From: Phoronis australis | Lineage: Eukaryota > Animalia > Phoronida | Direction: 5' to 3' | DNA length: 64,000 bases | NCBI GenBank assembly: GCA_002633005.1 | Contig: NMRA01000313.1 | Coordinates: forward strand, 310,001-374,000 | Shown here: positions 1 to 14,927 of the stretch, one piece after another | Layout: each line of letters starts with the position of its first letter | Numbering within the stretch: the stretch's first letter is position 1 | Made by a program: the position numbers and the translations under genes | Notes under the pieces: generated by a model | Databases searched by the model: none | The model's input: only the letters and a program-made list of their open reading frames with translations | Told to the model about the DNA's origin: nothing

Positions 1-1962
1 GTCCAAATGTCTTTTGCCGTAAACATTCAAGGCGAAATCTCAACAATGTTGTTACAGTTTTCTGTCGTATTGTGCAATATTTGAGTGCTTCTTGCAAGTC
101 CTACTTTGATAGCACCTGGTGCAAAAGAGGATCATTTAAAAGCAATTCCTAACAGTGTTTTGAAGAAGTGTGCGTAAGTCCTTGGATCTGATAGTTCAAT
201 TAAAATCCGATCAGCTCTGTCTGAGATACGTCGTTCCGAAGTTACTAAAATGATGATTATCAAGTGCGTGTACAGTAGGTGCACTGAAACACGGTCTACT
301 CTAGCTTCTTGTGCCGCAAAACGAAGTCTAACACTGTGGGCGGTGGCCGAACACTACTAAACTAGATATCCGGAGTTTCATGGTGAAAACAAGTTTGATG
401 GAATTGACAATTGTGATTATCAGTATTCAAAATGGCGACTTCCATGAAAGTTCTATTGTGTAAAAGAACGCATGAGCACATTGAACGACAAGTACGTACC
501 GCATCATATCCGATTTTATTATTTGTATTCTTAGCGACCTCTCATCGTTCAGGATTATATGTACATCTTTTTACGGTTTTATTTTTCATAAATATTGGGA
601 TTTTTATGTCAAAGCATTTTTCCTTTAGTTTCAAAGGTCAAAAAACTATCTGTTAACAGCTCGTCACTTCCCCCCACGGCAAAGCACGTCCCCTTATGTG
701 GTATGGCAAGACATACATTTCCCTTATATGGAAAATTTGACCTTTGATCTTTGATATAAACAATAGTGATTTCAAGCAGGAAGCTGTGCGACTTCCTGGA
801 CAGCGCATGCGAGCATATATATTACTAAGAGCGGAGAATTTGAAAACTGTATTAGGTTGACAGAGTTTACATTTCGTCTGTGTTTCAAAAATAGTGAATC
901 TGGCGAGATTTTCTAGAACTTCTCTCTTAGCATACCTAAGACGTAAGCTGGCCACGATCTATTTAAAAGGTTCTTACTACGAGTTTTGGCCTTCCATACC
1001 TCTTCGAAACTCTTTTTTGGGTACCAAGAAAAGGTCACGTCCCAGGGAAGAGCACCTGAAGAAAAGGGTGTATCGCCGGCATTTTATTTTGAGTGTCTGA
1101 AGAAAACGACATTTTGTCGCCATTTTATTGTAAATAAGTCATGTGCGTCATTTATTTTAAAAACGGACAGAAAAAGCGACATGAATGACGTGTCAAAGAT
1201 AAAAATTAAAATATTCTGCTGTGGTGTTGGTATTGTATGGTGAGACTGTAACACACAACAATAGAAGTTTTATGTCATTTGTAACACAAACGCCAATACA
1301 CAGTACAGAGGGTATTGACCCTAGCTGTAATCTGTTAGATGTAGGACAAAAATGTATAAGAAACGCGGCTGACGTGGGGAAAATAAGTATACATTGGCAG
1401 AAGGTGACTCTCAGGTGACTCGATTAACAACTAAACGCTGTGCCGGCGGGCAGCGACCCCATATGACGCAATATGACAATACCAGGAGGACTGTTGAATG
1501 AACTGGTATGTGGCGAGCGTAGTACATGTAGCTAGGACAAAAGAGTGAGCATTCTCACAGCTCACCTATGGGGTCATAGCATTAACGGTCACAATGAACG
1601 GTCAGGGTGATCCGAAGTAGCAAAGATCATCAAACGCGGTCCTAATATCGATTACCGGGAACAGGACAGGATAAAAATGTACAAATAGAAAATCACTAAA
1701 TATAATCAATTTAGCAGCTGCCAAAAAAGTAGTATAAATTATTGGGAAAAGGACATTTCCAAAGTCTCTATCCAACATCTCTTGTGTTCATTTGAACGAC
1801 GATTTTTAAACGGTAAGTCCTTGACATTTTGTGCTAAAGAAAATTTCGAGTTTATGTTTTAAGTAGTACCACCAATTTCAATACTGTGCTGGCTGTCCAG
1901 GCATTATAAAACGACATTCGATCAGTTGAAATCCCGGCCGTCAGTGAAAAATAACAAGGCTA

Positions 1963-2085
1963 GAGTTCAGTAATGCTAGGACCTCGCTGATATCTAGTAG
2001 CCAAAATCACGTGTTCTCATTTAAAATACTCGGCAATATCTCACGTAATCCTGCTTTTTAGCGAGGTCATAGCGTTATAGAATTC
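1963..2085. mobile_element. ~140-bp MITE, subfamily A
   Basis: TIR GAGTTCAGTAA(C/T)GCTAGGACCTCGCT; homologous to 36291-36432 and 45431-45579. Confidence 0.75.
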
Positions 2086-4542
2086 AGGGTTGAACTGCCT
2101 CATGCCCAGTGTACTTAAATTTGCTAAGGCTCCGTGCCCACATTGTTCTCCAAGAAGATTGGTTTCGGGTAAAATTAAGTGAAGCCGATCGTTCTTGTAT
2201 GTACGCTGTTTCCTTTCAGTCGTGTCTGAAATTTTGGTTTTAAGAAGGTTCAGATACATGTAAGTGTATTTATTGATAGCATTACTCTCGGCTGTTTTTG
2301 TGTGCCTTTGCTACTGAACTTTGATGCTCCGTTCTCTCCCTCTACTTACATGTAGTAGGTTTTAGAACAAAATATCTACATCATGGCAGCGCCATTTTTT
2401 TCTGAGTTTTCGTTTCTGTCTTGGCTTGGGAACTAAAGATGTTTTCATTTTCCGTGGATTTTTCGCGCATTTTGGATTTAATGATGTCGTCAATGGTTTT
2501 GCGTGGAAATACCCACGTATATAGGCGCTATCCGTAATTCTGTACTGAAAGTCTGCACGGTCTGCATAAAATCGTAATAAAATTTAAGCTTTCGCAGTTT
2601 CGCGTACTGGTACACGATAACGCGATTTGAATTGTTAAATCAACGTTTTTTTTTTTAATTTCAGTTTCTGGCGACGTCGTTAATATATTTGGCGTGACGG
2701 AACCCGCGAATACTTAACTTTGCGTGCTCACTGCGAAAGAAGATGACTCGGTGCTTTTCCTTGTTTGTAGCAGGGGATATAGATGTACAAATAAGCCTAC
2801 TGCAGAATAAACGGAAAACGTGTGGCGAAGCAACTCTTAAATTCGCATTAATCACTCGTCAATTCCCAATTAAATCATTTAACCTTTTCCGGCGAAATCG
2901 TTGGAAACGCGCTGGGCCCGTCCTCCACCAAAACGTCAAGGACTACCTTTTAGAAGTAATCATTGAAATAAACACATATGAGATGTCGGATAGAGACTTA
3001 GGATATATCATTTTCCATGAATTCATACAAATTATTGGCAGCTGCTAACAATTATATAATTAGTGCTTTTCTATTTGTATATAGTATCCTGTTCACTATG
3101 ATATTAGGACCGTGTTTGCTGATGTTTGCTATAACGGTTTATGCTATGACGTCATAGATGTGCTTTTAGAATGTTCACTCCTTTGTCTTAGCTTCTGTGC
3201 TCGCAACTTACCTGTTTACTCAACGGTCCTCTTGATCTACTGTCATCCAGTCATACAGGGTCGCTGTCCTGCATTGCGTTTAATTTTAGTCGAGCCTTCT
3301 AAAACGGCAAACGTATTTTTCCCGAGTCATCTTGCAGCAGCGTTCATTATTTATTTTTGTTCTACATGCAGTCAAGGTTATGGCTAGGGCCTCTACCGTG
3401 TACCCTGTTTTGGACGTTGTGTGTTAATGCATGATATAAATCCACGATTGTTGTATATTTCAGTGCCATCAAACAATACCAACACCTCTGCACATTATTT
3501 TATTTTCAGGTGTCACGCGCCGCTCTTGTCGCTTTTTGTGTCCGCTTTTTGAAATAAGCGACGTTCGCGATTTGTTTACAATGAAAAATGGCGACAAAGC
3601 GTCCCTTTCTTCAGGTACTCAAAATAAAATGGCTACGATAACCCTTGTTCACGTGCTCCTCCCTGGGGGCTTGACCTTGTCTTGGCCCCTGAAAAGAAGT
3701 TTTAAAAATGATAACGAGCGGGACCATGTACTACTACTACTTCCCCCGGAGTCTTTTCACGTTTGAAAATACACCTACGAATGACGTGAAACTATTCACG
3801 AAACTTTATAAAACTCCTACAGCCTGGGGCTCACTGACTATAGCCCTGACGTAAACAGTTCGCCACTGATGTCACTGAGGCCTGACGTACAGTCTCGAGC
3901 GGGTGTTTTGTCCTGTTGGGTAACGTCGCGAGGGCGTATTTTACTCGAGTTATTTTACCCTCTCAGGTATATCATGCAGATGTTTATTTTAGTTGGCGTT
4001 GTGGTATCGGGCGGTTAAATAAAGATGCAACCCTAAACCGAGAGTTGAAAAGGGGGGAAATTTGTATTATTTCAATTAGATATTTTCATCATTTCCAGTT
4101 TCCAGGTTTCCCGAGAAAAGCGTTGATTTGGATTTTGTCGGAATGTTTCGCGGCAGCCCCTAACCATTATTTGAGGGAGTTTCTCCGGGCTTAATGTAAA
4201 GACGTCCGGCTTTGCTGCGCACTCAAGCTTAACATTTCTAGATAAGTTACCAAGAAGCAAAGTAATGGGAACCCTTTGGCGATATTGAACAATGTTGGTG
4301 CTCCGTTGAATTATCTGTAACGATAAAAAAGCTGTATAGCGTTGTTCATTGCTGCGGTCTACAATGAACTACATAACAATAGCGTGAACGGTAGGGTATA
4401 TGATGAGCCTGTGGACAATGCATACGCAGATACTACTTCTTCCGTCTAATCAGGTCGACGCAATAAGCGTTGATGAGATAACTCGACGGAGCGGGGTTAT
4501 GAAAATATTCGATGTGATACTTATAACTCATTTTCTTTCCAG

Positions 4543-4666
4543 GCGATAACTTTGGTCTGCTAAGCCACACGCCATCATGTCGGCATCGGGGCGCGCTGGA
4601 AGATCCAACTCAAAAGTCACGGCTTCCAATGAGATATGGCGGAATAACAATCGAGGAGAAGCGGTG
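4543..4666 (+). other. Candidate internal exon containing a start codon (possible DIRAS upstream exon)
   Basis: ttttctttccAG acceptor; GTG|GTGAGT donor; gccatcATG at 4577 with in-frame TAA upstream; 30 open codons ending in phase 0. Confidence 0.4.
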
Positions 4667-7587
4667 GTGAGTTAACAAGAAGATTTTTAATGGTCTCGCA
4701 TTTGTCGAAAATTAATCAGATTGATTGTAAAGAGTATCAATCGCTTGTTGATGTAGAAATTAATAACAGCTTTCACGACTTTGCACGACACGGGTGACGT
4801 AAGTTCCCCATTTGGTACTGAGAATGATAAACGGTCTTGACATTTCAGTATTCCGGAGCGTCTTGGACGTTTGTGTTATTTTCACACGAGTTTGAAATGG
4901 TGAGAGAGATGAAGATTATCGTCTTGCTTCGTTTGTACCAAACTGGATATTCAAAAGCTATTAAGGTTATAGGTCTAGCAGACAATCACATCGGTTCCAT
5001 GAGTCTCCATCTATATGAACCACCCAATCATTTGCATGAACCACTGGATTACATATGCGAACCCCAAAAATCCCATACGTACACAAATCAAAATCATGCC
5101 CACGAATGGTAAATTCATACATGCGAATCTCAAGTTCATCACTGCGACCATCAAATGATAAGAACGGCGGACCGACAACTTGCCGTCAGTCATGCCTGGG
5201 GATATTCCCAATGAAGAGGTTCACGGGACCTGACACTCAAATAGGTGACTCTCTCTGAGAAAGATTGCCTTTTCCCGTCAAATTTTCTGTAGAAGAATGC
5301 CTTTCCGATTTTACAATCCCTACAAAAAGGTTTATGACGGGATTTTGGAACTTGGCTTCAAAAATTGTCCAACTCCAAAATCAACTGATGTGTTTGATTG
5401 TTATCCATGTTTCTGAAACTTTGGTTGCAAATTATGTAGCACACTTTTTTACAAAAAGGCGCCTCATCTTGCATTGTTTCAGGCTGAATGTCTCGGGTAG
5501 GTTCCTTTTTAGGTGCGTTCTCTGAACGGGTGGGTATCTTAATACTCCAGCTGCATCCCCTGTCACACCTGTAGCTGAGTACCCACGACCATCAGCATTC
5601 TCGCAATATTAAATATTTAGTTGGTGCCCGTGTAAGTGAGCTTGAAGCTCTTCTGCATGAGTCAGCGGTTCGCGTGCATGATTTGTTTCAGTGTAAGATA
5701 TTCGTGTGGTTCCTTAAACCAAGTATCTTGCGAGAAAACTGAGATCAATCAAGTCTTCGTGAGATACCGCAATGCATTATAAACTAATGCAGAGAGTCAT
5801 CCGACCTTACTCGCGAGGGTCTTGCGTCAACGGAATGCGTCCCTCATTTCCATGAAACTGGTTCTGCCAACTGCTATTGCTTAACTGGTGCCTCTGAAAT
5901 GTAAAAACATTATTATTCAGCTAAGACAATCTATTGTGTGGCATAGTGGATTCCCTGGTTGGAGGTGGGCGGTCTTTCCTTGCATTTACATATATGTGAA
6001 TTTGCCTCAAGTGTCAGTCACGCTTGGGGGATTTAGGAGGTTTTTGTAAGGCGATTTCACAATTGCTCCAAACTTTTTTTACTTTCTCTGTGACTGTCTT
6101 GAAATTATTTCAAAACATTCTACATTCGCCATTCTATTAAACAGATATCCCAAGGTAATAGTGATGTAACATAAACAGCGCTCATTATACCTTAAAACTA
6201 ATGCTTGAATTCAAAATCGTCTTGAGCTGCTACAGTAAGCCTTTCCCGGATGATTATACAAAACATAACACGGCTTCGGAGAATCAATCAAAGACTGGTA
6301 GAAGAAGGTCGCAACTTAATTGAATACGACTATCAGATGAGTTCCATGTTTACCCAGAACTGTGTTGAATATGAAAACCATTTTATACGTGTGCAATGAT
6401 TCATTAGAACTCAGTCAGTGCTAGATCTTGTAACGACTCATTGCGAGCTCATTAATGTCAGTTAGTTTGATGTCAAAAAGGATGATGTTCATGCTATTTA
6501 GAAAATGTTGGACTGCATCAGAGTTAACTCTGAAATATAAGTTCCTAAACGCATGGGAAATTTCTCACGTGGTTTCCTGCTATTGGCAATAAGTCAATAT
6601 TATGAGTCAGTTGAAGCCTGTTCATTGATGCACGCGACTGCCTAAAGCGAGAGCGAGCGCCAGTCTACAGCGCGAACTAGCGGCGCACCAGCAATCCGTG
6701 AAGGAAAATATAATTTTACAGTTTTACATCTCATACATTCAGGTTCTCCAAAATTAATGTGTCAGTCAGTTGCTTTAAGCCAACAGTGTACGTGTAATAG
6801 AAATATAGTTTAGAACGTCTTACGCAACAATAATCAGACAAATACTTAGTGCAAGAGCTGATTTTCAGATTCTGGGAAGGTAAAAACGATAAAATCTATC
6901 TCTGACGTCAGAAGAGGTCGTAATTTCCACGTTAAGTGCCTGTGTTTATGACGTCTCTGTATTCTGTTGCTCTTTTCACTACGCGTGTAACGACAATAAA
7001 GGGAAACGGTTCCTTACTGAATTATTACGAAGATCCAAAACAGAATGGTAATATTGCACTTGCAGTCGTCATTATTAAGGTATTGTTTGCAAGATTAAAA
7101 TGTTAGTTGACTTGTTGATTCGAGATGGTTTCATCACTACGCTCCTAGAGGGAAAAGGTCGTTTTGGGTTGATTTATCAATTTCCCTCTTGTACACTATC
7201 GGAGACTCGCGCTGACTTCTCTCCAGGCACAAGTCCAATCATTTTTGCTCAAACTGCGTGTTGGTTCTTTGCGTGTATAATCTTCCGTCTCATTACTAAT
7301 TGACAAACACAACTTAAATTACACATTAGAGTCGCTTTATTAACACGTCATTGTCTTTTTACAAGGAAAAGACAAAATAACTATCCCTCTGCAGTATTTC
7401 AATCATAAGCTCCCTGGTCATGCTCAGATTTTCCATCATGGCTCAAAATTTCCAAGCTTCGTGTGTCAAAGCTAGATTTTTAAATAGACCCTCCATGCGT
7501 CAAATTAACTGATTTATTGTATGGGATGTGGAATTGTGGTAGCTGTCTTCTTGTACACGTATAAATCTAGTAATCGCATAATAATCA

Positions 7588-7939
7588 CAGTGACGGATCT
7601 AGGATATCAAAAGAGAGGCCAACATTTTGTCTGGAGCAATTGAGAAAAGCGCGATTGGATGCGTGCACGCAGCCTGAAAGATAGGGGGACTCGAGTGTCT
7701 GGGCCTTCTACTGAAAAACAAACGGAGGACTAAAAAATAAAAAGAACGAAAACGGTAGCGCAGGTAGTCGCGGCCGGACACTTCAAATGGAGTGTGGGTC
7801 TCCCCCCCTCTCTTCAGCCACATGTTAATTATCGGGGTTCATTGTTGACTTCAATATTTCCTTACGCTCTTGCTGTTTTTTTTTGCGGTAGCTAAGGGGG
7901 GGCGAGCCCCCTTCCCCCCCCCCCCTAAATCCGCCTATG
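7588..7939. mobile_element. hAT-like MITE
   Basis: Termini CAGTGACGGATCTAGG ... CCTAAATCCGCCTATG; 8-bp flanks AATAATCA / AATTATCA (7/8 match, TSD-like). Related ends at ~20576, 41338-41407 and ~53135. Confidence 0.7.
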
Positions 7940-8330
7940 AATTATCAATGCAAGGTTTGAACAATAAATGCGTCGTTCTCAGTGAGCCAGGATTCCCATA
8001 CAAACAAGAAGTCACTGTGACCTAGTATTGTAGTATTGTAACTGTAGCCTCTTGATATTAAGTCCTCGGGACTAAAATTCCACTAGATTACACCGATAGA
8101 CCCTTGATTATTGAATCCATAACTCAAAGTTTTTACGTTAATTTTCATTCATTACTTTAACTGTTAAATTATTATGTCAGTTAACTTGTGTAAAATTGTA
8201 CAGCGTAAATTAGTGCTTAGGCCACCTTTTATGCACAAGCACTCTAAATGTAACAATATTAATAACAAATAGCTGAAAATTCATTTCGCTTTTGTAAATG
8301 CGTTACAGTACCATGTTTAGCTTTTTTTGA

Positions 8331-8445
8331 GGAGGCAGTGCAGCGCAGTGTGATGGTGCCCGCCTTCTTTACTCGAGGTCATGGGTTCGAGTCCTACTGG
8401 GCCACACTGCTAGACCCTTGAGCCAGGTTTCTAGCTTCTCAGCTC
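8331..8445 (+). mobile_element. tRNA-derived SINE, degenerate head
   Basis: A-box-like gtgcagcgcagtg, B-box GGTTCGAGTCC (8384-8394), then cccttgagccagg resembling SINE core-domain motifs; no tRNA cloverleaf. Confidence 0.6.
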
Positions 8446-11400
8446 GGTTTTAACTATATATTAATAAAGCACAAAAATATTTCCAGGTGATCAGTGCAAT
8501 GGGACCACATGCGCGGCCAGCGCACGTTTGGTACAACGTGTACCAGACCGCTTGCAATTATTTTTATTCATGTGTTTAACTTTTATTGGTTCAGGATGCC
8601 TTCGCTGCAGTGAAGTCATTCTGAACACGTATACTTCCCCAGTACTATGAGGAGTAGCACTGTCAACGGATCACGTTAGTGGGCTTCTCATTGATTAACA
8701 GAACGAAGTAATATTCGAACATTCTGATTGGTTGGATAATAACATTCGGACATTCCGATTGGTTGACTTTAAGATAACCATCAATATACTGCTCCATCTA
8801 TTGATAAATGTCTTTGTGGCTTGCGGTAATTGCATGAAGAAAACCGAACGTAATCCAAGCACTCCTTACAAGTTTGTGTTGTGTGGCACAATCAAGATAA
8901 CAAGGCGTCATATAAAACAAGAAAACGATTCACTGTATTTTAAGGCTCATTCCGTAACCATATGCATGCTTTGCGATAAACATCCTCACTGAAGCATTCG
9001 CACTGATGCCCAAAACGCGAAGCCACCAGCCTTTCACAAGCAGTGCCACTCTCCTCAAGTGACAGAAGATAACTTGAACACCGAGGTGATTTTGCGTCAG
9101 TAACACCTGAGGGCGATTCCACAGTATTTGTCTCCTCCGTTGCGAGAAAAAAATATTAAGTAATCGATTATCCGATCAATTTGCTGCCCTAGTTGACTAC
9201 AATTTTGACCCTTATTGTGAAAATACGACAGTCTCCCTCTCAGTAAAGTTTAGTGGAAATGAATTTCGTCGTAACTTGTGCGTAACAAAGGTGACATATA
9301 CTGTGACATCATCTTCGATGTTAAGCAGTGTCCAATAAAATTAAATTTGGTAAATTTTTTAAAGTAAGCTGTTTTAACTCACACTTATCAGATTCAACTG
9401 AAGTGACGGAACTGACAAGATGTGTGACTATCAGAAACGAAAGACATAACTTGCGACAGCGCTGTAGTTTTGCACTATTTTGGGGGAAGCTTTCACTTGG
9501 ACTGTTCACAACATTGTTGAATACACCTAGTTACTTCATAGCCTCCCCACCCATCGAGGCTGTTCAACTCCAATTGGCTAATTGCTGTGCTTGTAATGTC
9601 AGGCAACACTATTGATACGTAACAGCGCATTCTCATTGCTCAGAATACACGTTTGAACTTTTATCTAGTTGTCTCGCGAGACTTAAGTTCGCGACCACAA
9701 AAAAATGTTACGAATTTGAGACGAGTTGTCCGAACTAAAAAGGTTTGAGCACCACAGACGCAAGAATCTTGCGAAGGAAGATGGTGTGATCACATGCATC
9801 GCTTGTAAAGCATTATTGTATCTCGCAAGGTCTTGTTTAGTATTGCGTGTTTGCGAGCTTCTCGCACCTACGGAATGCAACCCAGGTAGCTACCTCAACG
9901 TCTTGCATCATGGTATTTATGTTGGTCGCGAATATTTCGAGAACGTGTGCATAACACTCATTCATACGAGTGTTCGTGTTGCAAACATGTATAGTCTTCT
10001 TATGAGAATGAATGCACTCGTATATGCTTAAATATGGCAAGTGTCTTGCAATTGTTGTTGTGATTACCCGCGTGAATACAAAGTACTCTGTTACCCGCGG
10101 TAGATTATGATCTTATTTTGCCATTGAGCTATGATGTGACCGTATTCTGTCAGCGACTTTCGAATTCACGTGTGCATGTTGTACAGTGACGATTTCATGA
10201 CAGTCGTGTGAACGAGTTCTCAAAAACACGTTGGCGTTCTGTGCAAACCAGCCAGTGGACCATATACAACGCCTATGGTTACCACTTCCGCCGGAAATGT
10301 GCCTTTTTGATACTGTTGCAGCGAGGCATGCAGTGGATATGGATAGAGTTGGCATCTTTGTTTAAGTTATTGACCGATTTAGCACTAGTGAGTTTGGGAT
10401 ATCGCAATTCACAAAAGGTGGGTGCGACCACAATGTAAACTGAAAAGATCAGGCGTTTGCGATGGTCCTGAAAGCTCCCAATATTGGGGGGTTTGCCCTC
10501 ATGACTATTGAATCCGCCTTGTGGATGGAGATATAAACTGACTGAATATTTGGGGTTCACTCCTTGATGTTTGCGAACTGCGTGATATTTTTTAAGTTGT
10601 AAGAAGTCGCTTACTGTCTCGTTAGTGCCATCTATCGACACTGCCTAGTACTAAGCAGTGTGCACTGACTTCTTTGACGACAAACACACTCAACCTTACT
10701 TCAAACGCCCTCTAGTGAGTGCGTTAAAGACAGACTAACCTGTAATCGAGACCCGTGAGACGTCTATCCTGCGTTGTTCTGTTTAGTTGATACTAAATGT
10801 ATTGCATTATTGATCGCAGGCTTGCATATTGTGCTTGTATTGTGTCTTGGCATACATAACTTACTGCTGTGATCAATATTATACGTTCTGATAATGGAAT
10901 AATTCTTTGAAGTGTTATCTGAGGAACCTCGTTCAAAATGGCAGAGTGAGAGGGGAAACGTATTGCCCAACGGTTCACGAAAAAATAATTCGAGGTAGGT
11001 GCGTTTGGTTCTGCGTGATATCTGCTACACTTTAAGTGTTATGCCCCTTTTACGGCACTATAGCTGACGCTAATTAATCGATATAAGAGTGTTCGTCTTG
11101 GATGTCACGAATTATTTCCTTTCCTCAATCTGAGACATCGCACGTCGGTGTCTTCATGACCGTATGTGTAGTGCAGCCCTAGTTCCGTCGACTGCTTATT
11201 ATTATTTTTTTGATATATTTATGAAAGGTTGTTAAACACTCCAGTGCGCCAATGGTGTTAAGAGATCATTCTTCTTCACGAGGATTATTACTGCACCTAT
11301 TGTTTTCTTTGTGAATATCTGTCGATAACCAAAATTCTAAATCGTTGCCGGAAAAGTGGAGGCACACGAAAGTAAGAATTGCCGAATAACTTTACGTGGC

Positions 11401-12353
11401 CTTTGCTACAAACTGTGCAAACATGGAACTACGGCTATTTCTCCGTGGTGACATTGAACTATTAACCTATTTTGAAGGCCCCGTTCTGGTTGCTCTGTCA
11501 CAGAAAATTCACCCGTAATTTGTAACTCGTGCTTCAAAATAACAGATTTCCAACTATGATGTTTTTTTTAAAAGCTTCGAAGCTATTTTAAGGCGGTTTT
11601 GATTGATTTCCATTGTCGAAGATAAATTAAAAACAAAGTGCCCACGTGGTACCAACCGCCAAACAAATAAATGCATGAGCAAACAAGCAAATTAAATGAC
11701 CGAATTTGTCGAGATGTGGGCGGGTCGTTTCGTTTGTACAAGCACGTCGCGACTATTATAGCGTCAATGCATGGAGGTAAAATACAGGTCAGAGTAAAAG
11801 AGGGCGTATTGTTCATCAGTCATAAGAATAAATATATGTCTATTGTTAGTACGAAAATAACACTCTAGTCGCAGTTGCCAACACTTTACAAAGCAGTGAA
11901 TATATGTGTTCCTTATTCATGTGATTTTACAGCATATAAGAAACTGGAAACCTCAATCTCATGTAACGTCTTCAAAAGTTAACAAAATAAACTGATAAAA
12001 TATTATTAGTAAAGAGGGATTGTGTTAGTAAATTGTGTTAAGCTAATGAGAGGGCAATTAGGATGATTGTTGTAGCCATAAAGACACTCAGTTGGTGAAC
12101 TTAACTGATAGTTAATTAGACGTTATTGCGATCAGCCGCTAACTTCTTGGCAAGAGATAGACAGAATTTGAAGATTTAAACAGGCAGGGCGAATACGACA
12201 GAGCGTTTGAAGAAATTAAGCCAGAATTTTGGGAGGCGTTTTGTCATAATTAAATGGATATTTAGCAGCACTTTTGAACATCGAAAGTCAGTCAAATTGT
12301 TTTGAACGCTTGTAGACAGCCACAAAATACACTGCTACCCCACTTACCATTAA

Positions 12354-12967
12354 AGTGCTCAAAGTTGCCAATTTCAAATCAAAAATGCCAAAAAACAACC
12401 TCACCAGTCGACCAGCTGTCAAGTTAGAACACTCACAAACACCATCTGACGACATGTTATTGAGATGATCTCTAGTTACGGGCACTTATTGGTCGATACA
12501 TACCACGTAGAATCGGGACAACCAATCTTCCATTGTGTTTAGCGTAGCTCAATTTCGCTTGGTTTATGGCATAATAAATAATGACAAGGTTGATGGTTGT
12601 GACAACGCTGTGGCTCTTTTCACTTTCTCGAGGGACATCAGAGAAGCATGGATATGCCACGAGTTTGACAGTCCCGTTTACACACTGGAACATCTCGTTC
12701 CGTGTCAGCTGATCCGTGTCAACTTTTGTAGTGTAAACGGCATTTTAGAAACTCGCGTGTTGGTGGGCATGACGCACTGGCGCTGGGTATGTTCATACAT
12801 CACACTCATGTTCATGGAGCTACAAAATTTTCAATTGAAGTCGATTGTCTTTTATTATCTCGTTTTTGGGATATGGAATTCACGGTTGTGATATGCAGTG
12901 CTATAAATAATGATTTAATGGTGCTGACAATGTCGTCAGAACAAGGTAACTGGTGGTTGTAAGCACT
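12354..12967 (+). mobile_element. TTAA-flanked (Kolobok-like) MITE, copy 1
   Basis: TTAA-AGTGCT ... AGCACT-TTAA; body homologous in inverted orientation to 25179-25932. Confidence 0.75.
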
Positions 12968-14884
12968 TTAAGTTAACGAACATTTCTCAATTGATGGACA
13001 TGGTATCAGTAGCAGCGCGGAATCTAGCCAGCTTGCTAGCTGTAAGAAGACTGCAGAATCGAACCTACTAGCTGTGCCGAAGCACCTGAACGCTAATAAT
13101 CCCGAAATGCGTATTCCGGACTAAAACTGTTGTGCTATTCATTCTTTTGCAATATGATAATGATGCATGTATCTGTGAACGAATGCTAAGCCAGCCCTAG
13201 TAAATACACACTATTATGATGTGTAGACGCTTGTAATTATCGAATGCTTGGTGTATGCCCAAAGCGTGGTCACCATGTTGCAGAAGCGTAAACCTCAGTT
13301 TCAATCCTTGTTTGTGTTCAATCGGATTTGTCAAGTTACACAGCACGTGACCTATCGTTGATTTTCCATTCACCGCAGTTTAACTATTTTGCATATGGCT
13401 CGATGATTCCGGTTTATATTCTGAACTTTTGGCACGTGCAAGATGATTTAACAAGAACTACGAAACAGTCTGTTATGGCAATGCAGGTCACTCTCAGAAT
13501 GTAGGCCTCGTTCTGAAAACAAACTGGACAAAGAGACTACTTTGAAATTGGAAATAGCGCATTTAGTCTTTAGTTTAAAGTTGTGCGTTAACTTTAAAGA
13601 CATTTTCATTCAAGTCTTTTTTCGGGGGATCCTGAATCTTGGTTGCGAAAAAAATGATCGGATGAACGCAAGCACTGCGGAATTTTCGAATTCTAAAATT
13701 TTTCAAAATTTAAAGAACTCAAGCGCGCTAAAAAGTATGTAGACACACATCTCGCTCCCTCCCTCCCTCTCTCTCTCTCTCCCTCTCTCCCTCCCTCCCG
13801 TCATTACCGAGGAAACATATCCGTAAATAGAACATGGAAGGCTTCAAATGCAGTGAACAGAAACAACCTCTCCTGTGGAAACATACTCTGTAGGTCAAAC
13901 TGGCGCATATTATCTATTTACTTCATAAGCCAACATTAGCGTGTATCATTTTACTTAATTGTAGATCCGATCATATTATCTGCCCATTTGACCACATTCG
14001 GTATTTTCAGACAAAAAAGCATGGCATTTTCTTATAATATCGGACGTCAAAACCAAAAGCAAGCAGCCATTCCAGATTTTGATAATTGAGCTTCGTTTAT
14101 CCTCTATCCCTTTCCAGTAAAGTGACATTGTGTTGAGCTATTTTGAGCGGACACACGTAATCTCTTTAATTTCCACTACAGTGTTGTTTTGCAGTTTCAG
14201 TCAGGTGAGCCGACTCGTGGACGAGACGGTCTCGCCACCTGGTGACTGGTGTGATATCTTACTGATACAGGCACTGAAACCTGCGCGTAGAGCAGATCTT
14301 CGCATACTTTGGTCGCTGGAGCGCACAGGCAATGAACGGTCTCTTGAGCCCTGCTCCCCACACGTGGGACGCGTGGGCCGAGATGACTTCAACCAGTCGA
14401 CTTCTCTAACCTTTATAAAAGTTCAATGACAAAGTAATTTTTCAGATAAATTGTCAACATATTTAGCTGTAGTCTCACCAGATCTCGTCTACGTCAATGT
14501 GCGTAAGAGAACAGGCATAAGACGAGTAAGTCCGTCTTAATCAAGCAAGTGTTAAGTACTATTATACCGGCACTTTTACAACAATGTTGTCATAATTACA
14601 GTTATATCGTTATTATACCAGATTAAAATCTTCATTCTTTGTCAATATCCCAAATTTGGGCAAAGTATCCAAACACTTGAAACCGAAATAAACTTGTATT
14701 TCTCTTCAGTTGAACACATATTGCAAAAAGCAACCAATGAGTAATGTCGCAACTTCAGCTCTTTACAACAAAACATCAGTCCATCTATACTTGAAATAAG
14801 TTAATGAAACCATGATATTTGATAAGTGATTGAATATGAAGCATTTTACAATCTGTTGATAAAAACAACGATGGGTTTAAATCG

Positions 14885-14927
14885 GCTTGATATGTTTCGG
14901 CGTTTGTTAAACATCATCCTCAGAAGC
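14885..14927 (-). ncRNA. Minimal hammerhead ribozyme motif (PLE type), copy 1
   Basis: GCTT-CTGAGGA-tgatgtttaacaaacgcc-GAAA-CATATC-AAGC: stem I GCTT/AAGC, core CUGANGA, stem II, GAAA, short stem III. Confidence 0.65.

Noticed and set aside
8331-8405. Possible tRNA gene
   Set aside because: B-box present but no acceptor or anticodon stem pairing; better explained as a SINE head.
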